From a virus (taxonomy: Duplodnaviria; Caudoviricetes): 64,000 bases of DNA. Made by a program: the position numbers and the translations under genes. Below, piece by piece: positions 17,736-26,600 of this stretch; the first letter of the stretch is position 1, and every line of letters begins with the position of its first letter. Below the pieces are notes generated by a model. That model did no database searches. It saw nothing but the letters and a program-made list of their open reading frames with translations, and was not told the origin of the DNA. The stretch lies in IMG/VR virus record IMGVR_UViG_2830687482_000006, positions 1-64,000 of that record, one strand, 5' to 3'.

Positions 17736-18950
17736 ATGCCTAACTTTAAGCCTCTAACGGATTTGACCACAGCTCGGGTTTCTGCCGAACAGCTTGTTGG
17801 TAAGCTGAAATCCAACAGCCAAACGGAGTCGTTGGAGGCAGGTATGAACCTGCTTTCTCAGGCGCGCGAATATGGTCTAAATATTGCTGACTACCTACGT
17901 CTAAAGGTGCAACCGGACGGTCTCGCTCTTGAGGCAGGCCTCGATGGTTATGAAGCTGTTAAGATGTATCTTGGCCTGCCTACGAAGGATGATTACCGCA
18001 ATGGTGTTGTGCTTCAAGCAGCTGCGGATGCGTTTTCCAGCTATCGTGGTGTTCGCGCCCTCTTCCCTGAGGTTGTAGACGACGTAGTTCAGTGGAAATA
18101 TCGTCAAACAGACTTTGAAAGTCCTGACGCCCTGATTTCGCAGAGCCGCACGATTAACGGAACTGAGTTGATCACCACTGTTGTCAACGACAACAAGGAA
18201 GACTACGAGCGTTATGGCATGATTGCCGAAGGTGCGCGTGTGCCAGTTTGGTCAATCAAAGCTTCGGAACATTCGGTTAAGATTTTCAAGTTCGGTATCG
18301 GACTAGAGTGGACTTACGAATTTGGACGTCGTGCTAGCCTTGATCTTATTGCACCTTACGCCCTTCGTGCTGAAAAGCAAACGAAGCGCGCCCAGACTGC
18401 AACGGCTTACGCTATGTTGAAGAACGGAGATGCTGTTGCTTCTCATGCTGCCGCCCCGGTGCGGAACGCCTCGGCAATTAACACTGACAACAATCTTGGT
18501 GTCACTGGGGTAGCCGCTGGCAAGTTGAACTGGGAAATTCTCCTTGCTTGGCTTGTCGAGCGAGCGAAAGCAGGTGCTCCTATTGATACGGTAGCTGGTA
18601 ACTGGGATACATTCCTACAATGGAAGCTGATGTTTGCCAAAAACACACTCAGCGACGGTTTGACTCAGATCGAAGCACTGCAACGTGCAGGGGTTACAGT
18701 TGCGCAGGAAAATCCTCGTTTCGACCTCAACCTTAATTTCGCACTGGTTTCCAGCGCGAGTGCTAATGAGTTGCTTGGTTTCTCGAAGGCGGATACTCTT
18801 GAGGAACTTATTGAGAACGGTTCGGATATCGAGGAATCGGAGCGCGTTATGCAGAACCAGAAGGTTAATCTGTATAGCACAAAGAATGCAGGTTACCGCC
18901 TGATCTTTGGTGACACCCGCTCGGTCCTAAACCTTAACGCTATTGCTTAA
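17736..18950 (+). CDS. major capsid protein
   Basis: 404 aa, IAEGARVP and KFGIGLEWTYE HK97-like motifs, biased codon use. Confidence 0.85.
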   Translation: MPNFKPLTDLTTARVSAEQLVGKLKSNSQTESLEAGMNLLSQAREYGLNIADYLRLKVQPDGLALEAGLDGYEAVKMYLGLPTKDDYRNGVVLQAAADAFSSYRGVRALFPEVVDDVVQWKYRQTDFESPDALISQSRTINGTELITTVVNDNKEDYERYGMIAEGARVPVWSIKASEHSVKIFKFGIGLEWTYEFGRRASLDLIAPYALRAEKQTKRAQTATAYAMLKNGDAVASHAAAPVRNASAINTDNNLGVTGVAAGKLNWEILLAWLVERAKAGAPIDTVAGNWDTFLQWKLMFAKNTLSDGLTQIEALQRAGVTVAQENPRFDLNLNFALVSSASANELLGFSKADTLEELIENGSDIEESERVMQNQKVNLYSTKNAGYRLIFGDTRSVLNLNAIA

Positions 18951-18960
18951 GGTAAAATCT

Positions 18961-18988
18961 AGAGGGGCGGAGAATTCTCCGCCCCTCT
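18961..18988 (+). terminator. GC-rich hairpin after capsid gene
   Basis: perfect 28-bp palindrome AGAGGGGCGGAGAATTCTCCGCCCCTCT; no clear U tract. Confidence 0.5.
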
Positions 18989-19012
18989 CAAAATCACAAT
19001 AGGACAAGTAGT

Positions 19013-19231
19013 ATGGCTAACAAACCTGATAATCAAAATATTGAAAAAGTCGAGAAGGCTGAGAAAGTCGAATCAAAAAATGGCGATTTGATTCGAGTAG
19101 AAACTACAGGAAATTTTGGTCTTATTGATCCGGTAACCAATCTTGACATTTCTCATGAAGGTGTTACTGAAACTGTTAGAACACCTTTCATCGAACGCAT
19201 GTTAAATATAAAGAGACTAAAAGAGGTATGA
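19013..19231 (+). CDS. hypothetical protein (head module)
   Basis: 72 aa with AGGA SD. Confidence 0.7.
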   Translation: MANKPDNQNIEKVEKAEKVESKNGDLIRVETTGNFGLIDPVTNLDISHEGVTETVRTPFIERMLNIKRLKEV

Positions 19232-19232
19232 C

Positions 19233-19934
19233 TTGGAAAGTGGAACTGACCTAAAGCATTTAGTGCTCTTCAACAAGGGTCAACCGACCAGCAACCTCAC
19301 TTATACATTATTTAATCAAGATGGAAATATAGTTGAGACCGATTCGGTCTCAACTAATCTTGGTCAAATGAGCTATCTTATCGAAATTGCTGGAAGCTCA
19401 AATACCTTATCTAAGCCTCTTTATGAACAGATGAAATTACAGTGGAGCTACACTACTGCCGATTCGGCCATCGTAGACTCTTTCAAATATTTGCTACACA
19501 CCCCTATCCTCTTTGCTGTCTCAAAAGACTCAGTTCGTAGTCTTTTAGGAGTAAATGAGGACGAACTTACAGACCAAGAAATTGATCTATTTGCTGGCTA
19601 TCTTGCCTTTCTAGATAAATTACCGACTGGGGCTGACTTAAGTGCCTACGAGAACGCTGGCACCTTTAATAGCTATAGAATATCTGGAGCGATTGAAGCC
19701 TCGACTGCTTTGTCCATTTTTCCAACAATGCAAATACGCTTACCAAAACGCTATGGTTCGGGAACCTCCGAATATGAGCGTTGGACTTCGATTGACTGGG
19801 AAGCTTTGGGAGCAGAATTGTCCTCTAAATTGATGACCGGCTTAAATGTTATTGACCCAGATTTACAGTTATTTGAACTAACAGATATTTTTGGACTTTC
19901 TACGGCACCCGTAGATGTAATCACGGCGACTTGA
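19233..19934 (+). CDS. putative head-tail connector/adaptor
   Basis: 233 aa, TTG start with GAGGT SD; positional. Confidence 0.55.
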   Translation: MESGTDLKHLVLFNKGQPTSNLTYTLFNQDGNIVETDSVSTNLGQMSYLIEIAGSSNTLSKPLYEQMKLQWSYTTADSAIVDSFKYLLHTPILFAVSKDSVRSLLGVNEDELTDQEIDLFAGYLAFLDKLPTGADLSAYENAGTFNSYRISGAIEASTALSIFPTMQIRLPKRYGSGTSEYERWTSIDWEALGAELSSKLMTGLNVIDPDLQLFELTDIFGLSTAPVDVITAT

Positions 19935-19935
19935 T

Positions 19936-20403
19936 ATGGCTAGTAGATTTGATATTCCAACAGTTTACGCAACTCTGGTTACCAAAGTCAAAGAGATTAT
20001 AGATGACTTAAAAACTCAAGGCATTTCTGAGAAAATAGAATATATGGCTTGGGATGCTAGACAAGATACAAATACTGAGCTACCTAATGTTGACCTAATA
20101 GGGTTGGCTGATTGGACCTTTGATGAGGCAGATCACATGCCGGAAATAGAGTGCGTCATTCTACTTTCTGTTGTAAATGACGCTAATCTATTTCGAGAGG
20201 TTGAAATAGCTAATGTGATAAGAAATAAGTGTGTTCATCCAATTCGTCCTGAATACTTGACTTGGACTGTTAGAGATTCTGAGAATAATCCATTTTCACA
20301 ACTTACAGTTACAAATTTTACCATGTTGCCCTCAGGGGAATCAGAAGCTCGAACAGTTCGGCAATTCGGTATCAGCTTGAAACGAGCTGATTATGGGAAA
20401 TGA
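19936..20403 (+). CDS. putative tail terminator / head-tail joining protein
   Basis: 155 aa; positional. Confidence 0.5.
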   Translation: MASRFDIPTVYATLVTKVKEIIDDLKTQGISEKIEYMAWDARQDTNTELPNVDLIGLADWTFDEADHMPEIECVILLSVVNDANLFREVEIANVIRNKCVHPIRPEYLTWTVRDSENNPFSQLTVTNFTMLPSGESEARTVRQFGISLKRADYGK

Positions 20404-21199
20404 TCTGAATATTGTTCTTCAATTTCAGTTCAAACCTAGAACCAAATTTTCTGAAATTGAGGGTAAAGGCTTAGCCAATTACGTCATTCAAGATATTGCC
20501 TTCAAAGCTGGCGAACGTCAAAGACTCAATCTTTCAAAGAATCTACGTAGAGATTTTGCTCCAATAGTTGAGCGAGAATTAAGCAAAATGGCTAGGCAGG
20601 TGGCTACATTAGCTTTAGGACTTTCTGGGTCAACCAACGCACCTACAGGATCATTAAAGATAGATGGACAAATTTCAAAAGCCATGAGGGCGAATTCAAG
20701 TCCGATGAATATTTCCAGTGTTACTGGAGCTTGGAAAGAGAGAAGTAAAGCTTACCTAAAATGGAAAACAAAAACCTATAAAACCAGAAAATGGTTCAAA
20801 AATACTGGGCAATTACAATCTGAATTAAAAAATACTGCTGCATATCATCAGGCTTATGGTCCAATGGGTGTAAAATTTATTCCTGCTAGAGGAACCCAAC
20901 CCACTCTTTCTAGTCTTGGACGCTCTAGAGGCCGCCTCTCTAATTTTATTGTAACTGGAAGATTGGAAGTTACCGTATTTCGGAGGCTTGGACTTAACGA
21001 TCTTCCTAAAATTGGAGAACAAGCAACCTATTCAAAAAAAAGACTATCTGGTTTCGCTGATAGTATTGAAAAGAAGCTAACTGGTCCCGACCCTAAAAAA
21101 GCTTATAGACCTATAGTTGAGCCTTTCTTGACGTATTACATGAATAGGCGTATCCCTAATGCCATTTTTCGTAAGGTAGAACAAAGCGTATTAGGCTAA
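20393..21199 (+). CDS. putative tail completion/neck protein
   Basis: 268-aa basic protein, WFKNTGQL motif; positional. Confidence 0.5.
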   Translation: MGNDLNIVLQFQFKPRTKFSEIEGKGLANYVIQDIAFKAGERQRLNLSKNLRRDFAPIVERELSKMARQVATLALGLSGSTNAPTGSLKIDGQISKAMRANSSPMNISSVTGAWKERSKAYLKWKTKTYKTRKWFKNTGQLQSELKNTAAYHQAYGPMGVKFIPARGTQPTLSSLGRSRGRLSNFIVTGRLEVTVFRRLGLNDLPKIGEQATYSKKRLSGFADSIEKKLTGPDPKKAYRPIVEPFLTYYMNRRIPNAIFRKVEQSVLG

Positions 21200-21733
21200 A
21201 ATTGCCCCGTAAAGTCCTAAAGCATCGTGGACCTCAATTACTGCTTCACCATCTATGATGTCACCTCTTTTAATTGGATGATTCGTAATCATTCTAGTCT
21301 TTTCGTTAGGAATACGAAGCTGCCTATCGAAGGCTTCTTGTAGAGGCTCATAGCTCACATAGATACTGATAGGCTCGCTTTCAGGACCTTCTTTTTCTAG
21401 TCCTGTTCTAATATCAGTTATAGTACTTCTCTTAACCAGTTGAGCTACTGAATTAGTTTGATATAGTTTGAAAGCATTGAAGGGAGAACCTTGTGAGGTT
21501 TCACTTATCGCATGCTCTGCCACCATATATTTAACACCAGTGGGGGTTTGAATAACCATTCCTGCTTTCAGATGTAGCACAGAGGGGGCTTTCAAAATTC
21601 TTCTAGGTGCGACCCAAGTTATGGTAGCTCCTTCCGCCAATTGGATATCTTCTAATGCTCCAAAGAATTGTCCAGAGCCTCCTTCGATAACATCGAAGCG
21701 AATATCAAACTTAGACCGAGTGGCTTTCATCAT
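21191..21733 (-). CDS. putative head-closure/adaptor protein (inverted orientation)
   Basis: 180-aa beta-rich ORF; start overlaps stop of the frameshift extension. Confidence 0.5.
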   Translation of the reverse strand: MMKATRSKFDIRFDVIEGGSGQFFGALEDIQLAEGATITWVAPRRILKAPSVLHLKAGMVIQTPTGVKYMVAEHAISETSQGSPFNAFKLYQTNSVAQLVKRSTITDIRTGLEKEGPESEPISIYVSYEPLQEAFDRQLRIPNEKTRMITNHPIKRGDIIDGEAVIEVHDALGLYGAILA

Positions 21734-22110
21734 ATCTTAAAAAACTCATTCAAGGCAGATACGGCCTGTTCTGGCTGCATATCATTCACAAGTCTACCCT
21801 TATTACTTCCGCTTTTAGACCCTCCAAAAGCAGCGTCCAATACTTTTAGCATAGCGTAATGATGCTGTAAATGACCAATGGTGGCCTCACCGAGTCTCAC
21901 CCTTATCTGATAATATACATCATACCAAATTTCTTTGGATGCTAAATCATAATATTGGCTTGGACGTATCCCGTAGGCCCAGCAAACTTGTTCAATATGG
22001 TCTAAACTGGAGTACCAGTCTCGGAACGGTCTGAGGACATCATCTTCTTTGCCTGCTCCGGATATTTTTTCATTCTTTTCTGGAGCTTCTCGGCCTGACT
22101 CATAAAAAAA
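21730..22110 (-). CDS. -1 frameshift extension of tail assembly chaperone (gpGT-like)
   Basis: open -1 frame from T TTT TTT (22104-22110) to TGA 21730; absent from the ORF track. Confidence 0.7.
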   Translation of the reverse strand, partial: FFYESGREAPEKNEKISGAGKEDDVLRPFRDWYSSLDHIEQVCWAYGIRPSQYYDLASKEIWYDVYYQIRVRLGEATIGHLQHHYAMLKVLDAAFGGSKSGSNKGRLVNDMQPEQAVSALNEFFKI

Positions 22111-22406
22111 TAGGTAACGTGTTCAATCACCCAAGCAAGAACATCATCTATTTCGTAGATGCTGATACCCATCTCTTCTACGGGAATCAAATCTTTTGAA
22201 TCCTCAATAGGCTTTTTATAATTACTCAAAAGCCTGCGTAGGATCAAATCTCTGGTATCTTGACTAGTCATAATAGAGGCAATCGCTTCGTCGGGCGTAC
22301 CCACAAAGCGAAGAATGTCGTTAAAAATAACATAAGTCATACGAATAGGTTCTTCCCGTCCGGTGACTTTAATCTCTTCTTCGGGTCTTTCAAGCTTATC
22401 GGCCAC
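22002..22406 (-). CDS. tail assembly chaperone (gpG-like)
   Basis: 134 aa with slippery TAT TTT TTT site and overlapping -1 ORF. Confidence 0.7.
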   Translation of the reverse strand: MADKLERPEEEIKVTGREEPIRMTYVIFNDILRFVGTPDEAIASIMTSQDTRDLILRRLLSNYKKPIEDSKDLIPVEEMGISIYEIDDVLAWVIEHVTYFFMSQAEKLQKRMKKYPEQAKKMMSSDRSETGTPV

Positions 22407-22632
22407 TGATAATTTCCTTTAGTTTTTCAGGAGGAACAACTTCCAAAATAAATTGACTGAGAATTTTATCTCTTTCTGAGGTCACCTCAAGACCCGCACT
22501 AAGAAGAGCAATCACAGCTGAATTTAGAGATGGTAAGTCCTTATCAATTCCATGTTGGGAAACATTAAGATAAAGGTCCATAGGGATGCGAATAGAGAGG
22601 GTTCTAACCTCTTTTGGTTTACTTTGGTTCAT
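22396..22632 (-). CDS. ribbon-helix-helix (Arc-like) DNA-binding protein
   Basis: ATG 22632 with AGGTG SD; VRTLSIRIPMDLY...SLNSAVIALL. Confidence 0.65.
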   Translation of the reverse strand: MNQSKPKEVRTLSIRIPMDLYLNVSQHGIDKDLPSLNSAVIALLSAGLEVTSERDKILSQFILEVVPPEKLKEIISGR

Positions 22633-22704
22633 ATTGCACCTACTAATCTTTTCTTCTATACAAGTCAAGCATAAATTGCTGAAACCCAGATATAGGAAAT
22701 TCCA

Positions 22705-23535
22705 ATGGCTGACGTAAAAGACAACAAATTTGTAATCGGTAACGCTACGGTCATGCTTGCTCCGTTTAGTGCAGATGTGTTTGCCCTTAATCCCGATACC
22801 CATTCTGTTGGTATGGTTAAAGCGGTAACTATCACGCAAGAAGCTGACCAAATCATGCTGAAAAACGGTATTACCCAAAATACTGTGGACACCCAGAAAT
22901 CGAATGTCAACATGACTACGACATTTGAAGGTTATGAGTTTAGTGCCAAGAACTTGATGTATGCTTTGGGTCTTCAAGGTTCGGTAGTTAAGCGTCTGCG
23001 AGGTAAATTGACTGCTGCTGCTGCCGCCGCCGCGACCTCATTCTCGGTAGAATCTTATCCTATTCCGGGGGATGCCGCTTCTCTCATCGACGCAGTGGGA
23101 GACATCCCTAACGGAGCTACTTTGCTTTTGCAAAAAGCTGATCAACCAGATAACGTCTACCCCTGTAAAGCTGTAGCAGCCACTACGGGAACAGGTCCCT
23201 ACGTCGTGACTATTGATGCTCTTCCAGCAGGTGTTTCTTTTGCAGTTGGCGACACTGTCTGGGTGGTGAACGAGATTAACGCAGGTTCGACTGAGCAAGA
23301 CCAGTATTTCTGTGCCAAGATTGTTGGTAAGCTTTCTTCGAACAATGAGCCGATTGTTGTCGTTATGCCTAAGGTTAAAGTGGCTAAAGGATTCAACCTG
23401 AGCTTTAGTGAGCAGGATCATTCGAACATGCCTTTCGAACTAACCCCCTTGGTCATGACTAAGACGGAAACAACTTCGACACCGAAACTGGCCGGTTTCG
23501 AAAAAACTATTGCAAAGGCATACGTCGGCGGTTAA
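22705..23535 (+). CDS. major tail tube protein
   Basis: 276 aa ahead of the tape measure; PIVVVMPKVKV...FSEQDHSNMPFEL. Confidence 0.8.
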   Translation: MADVKDNKFVIGNATVMLAPFSADVFALNPDTHSVGMVKAVTITQEADQIMLKNGITQNTVDTQKSNVNMTTTFEGYEFSAKNLMYALGLQGSVVKRLRGKLTAAAAAAATSFSVESYPIPGDAASLIDAVGDIPNGATLLLQKADQPDNVYPCKAVAATTGTGPYVVTIDALPAGVSFAVGDTVWVVNEINAGSTEQDQYFCAKIVGKLSSNNEPIVVVMPKVKVAKGFNLSFSEQDHSNMPFELTPLVMTKTETTSTPKLAGFEKTIAKAYVGG

Positions 23536-23561
23536 GGGGATTTATCCTTGCCAAACCTTTG

Positions 23562-23595
23562 AGGCCGCTGTATTTATGCAGCGGCCTTTTTTTTA
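23562..23595 (+). terminator. intrinsic terminator
   Basis: AGGCCGCTG/CAGCGGCCT stem followed by T run. Confidence 0.8.
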
Positions 23596-23607
23596 TTCAG
23601 GTAAACA

Positions 23608-26600
23608 ATGACTGACGCTACGATTAAATCCACTGTCGGTATTCAAATGTCCCCGGAGGGCATGGCCTCCGCAGCAAAACAGCTCGATGGTATTCTTCAA
23701 AGAACTATTGCTAATCTAAACACAGCAGCTAAAACTGCGGAAAAAGCTATTGATAGTTCAGGAAAAGCTGGTCAAGTTGCCACCAATCAAATAAATGGTC
23801 AATTAAAAGCTCTTGCTATTACATTAAGTCAAATTAAAACTCTTCAAAATACTCTTCAAAGTACGGGAGCTTCTGGAGGACTTAATGCAGCTAGACTTCT
23901 TGGGGATTTCTCTTCATCTGGAAGAGTTGGAAAGCAAGCTAGAGAATTAGCAGATTACACAAATAGTTTGCGTGGAGCCTCGTCAGCTATGACGACTCTA
24001 AAAGATCGCGCTCGTCAATTTGACGTCCAAGCTGGTAACCTTGCAAAAAATGGTCAGCTTCTTTCTAACAGCCAAATTATGAAGGCTGAGAAGATCGAAG
24101 CAACCGCGAAAGCCTATTCTAAAATAAGTAATGAAATTGGCAGCATTAGAGCAAGAGTAGCTTTACTCAGCACCGATGGTCAAAAAGCATTCAAGCCCCT
24201 TCTAGATAATCTGCAACAACTTGAAAAAGTGAATGCTAAAGCTTTTAGTAATCGGCGTCGTTCGGAGTACGGTCCAGAGTTAGCAACTACTAGAGATGCT
24301 GTGAGAGGTCTTCAAGAAAGGTTAATAGCAAGAGAAAAACTGGAAGCCAAAACTAGACTGAATGTTGAAGCTCTTCGTAAAGAGGGGATTGAACTTACCC
24401 GCCTAACGACTCTAGAGAGAGAAGCAGCACTTGCTGCTAAAGTGCGTTCAGCTAATAGTCGATTTAATAATGCACAGCTCACCGGAACCATTATTTCTCG
24501 TAGGGATACCGATCAAGTTTCTAGATTCACTAGAGCTGCGGCGCTTGCAGCTACTACCCAAAATCAATTAGTTTCAGCCTTAAATAAACCCAATGTTTCT
24601 GCGGAGAGGCTGCAAACCCTTATCAATAGACACAAGACTTTACAAAGAGAGATTGCCGAGAGTATTGCTCAGCAAAATAGAATGGGCGGCGATCCTAAGG
24701 GAGGATTCTTTGCCGGAATCAAAAGCAGTGCCAGCAATCTTCTGGGCGGGGGTGAAGGAGGTTTTGGTGCGGGTGCTCTGCTGGGAAGAGTGGGGGCCTA
24801 CGCGGGAGCTGCTGCTGTAGTTTACGGTCTAATCAGTGCTCTTCAACAAGCTGTTTCATTCTCTATCCAGTTTGAAGATTCTTTAGCTCAACTACAAGCC
24901 ATCTCTGGTTCGACCAATTATGAGATGCGTGATTTGAGTCAAAGCATTTTTGCTGTCGCCAAGAATAGTGCTGACAGTGTGTTAGAAATAACTAAATCAG
25001 CCACGGCTATCGCTCAAGCTGGCTATAAGGGAAAAGAGCTTTCTCAAGTTCTATCCGCTTCGGTTAATCTTTCGGCAGCAAGTGGCGCATCTCCTGCTGA
25101 CTCCGTAGATATCCTTACCTCCGCGCTTGGTTCATTTCAATTGGCTGGCACTGAAGCCACCAGAGTTGCTGATGCTTTTGTTGCGGCACTCAACAATTCA
25201 AAACTGGGTGTGGCTCAGATTCAGGCCGGTATCCAGTATGTTGGTTCAACTGCTAATCAACTAGATATTTCTCTTAACGAGTTGGCGGGAACACTCGCAG
25301 TTATTGCAGACACTGGTATCAGGGGTACAACAGGACCGACCGGGCTTAGACAACTTCTTGTCGATTTAGTTGACCCGTCAGAAAAAGTAAAAGAAGAACT
25401 TAAGCAAGTAGGACTTACAGTAGCTGATATAGACGTAAAAGTCTTAGGATTTTCAGAGGTATTAAAAAGACTCAATAACGCAGGTTTTGATCCTTTTGCT
25501 GCGGGTATCGAAGTCCGAGCGGCCAACGTCTATAATGCTATTGCGGGTTCTACGGACGAAATATTAAAACAAACTCAAGCAACTTTAGATCAGGGAGCAG
25601 CACAAGAAGCCGCTCAAGTTAGAACCGAAAGCGTTTCTGCAACTTGGCAGAAAATGATAAATACCGTTAGTGAATTAGCTGCAAGCATTGGTAATGATCT
25701 TGCTCCGGTCTTGAAATTTCTAATTGACCTTCTAGGTGTGGCAGCCACAGTAGGTTTGGGACTGATAAAAGTTTTATCTTCCACTGTAAATTTTGTGGTA
25801 ACTCTAGGTGGAACTTTTGATAAAACGGGGGTGTCTGGCGAGGCTCTTAATTCTAAATTGCAGGATTTAGGATACACAGCAGATCAGGTAAATCTTAGTC
25901 ATAAACAACTGACGGGGGGTTTAGAAGACGTCCAATCGGCTTTGAAAGCTAGTGAAGCGGAAACAGACTCTCTTAAAGCTCAGCAGCTTTCTTTAGCTCA
26001 AGAAACTGAAAAACTGATGGTTCGTCAAGATAGTTTAGTGGGAAAGAATGGAGATTTAACTGAAACCACTTCGGAGGTTAGGGTCGCTGTTGAAGAATTA
26101 TCTCTACGTTTCCCGGGTCTCCGGGAGGAGTTTGATAAGACGGAAGGTGGAGTACAGGGACTACTTAAGGCTTTCGAAGCTTTGGATGAGCAAATTCAAA
26201 GAACTATGGTAAACGCTGCCCGGACTCAAAAAATTACCGCTGAAGCTGCCAGAGATGTGGCCTTAGAGAAATTAGAAGATGATACTTCCTTCTACAAAAA
26301 TTTAGGCCCAAATGGTTGGATATATCGGGATGTTGGGCTGAAAGAATATGGTGATCCTAGACGCCGAGGGGGTTTGGGTACTCCTCTTAATACCTCTCAA
26401 CAAAAAGAAAGCTTTAATATTGAGAGTTTATTAAAAGCAGGAGACCCTGATAGTATCAGAAAAGCAAGAAACCTTATTCAAGATAGTAAAGATACACTTA
26501 TTAAAGCGATTTACGGGGAACTATTAGTAAAAATAAATACCTCAATAAGTGACTATGATAGTGCAATATTAAAATCCAAAGAAGCTGATGAGCTGCTTGG

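Noticed and set aside
22633-22977. N-terminal extension of the RHH ORF as called in the track
   Set aside because: Overlaps the tail tube gene in antisense; ATG 22632 has a proper SD
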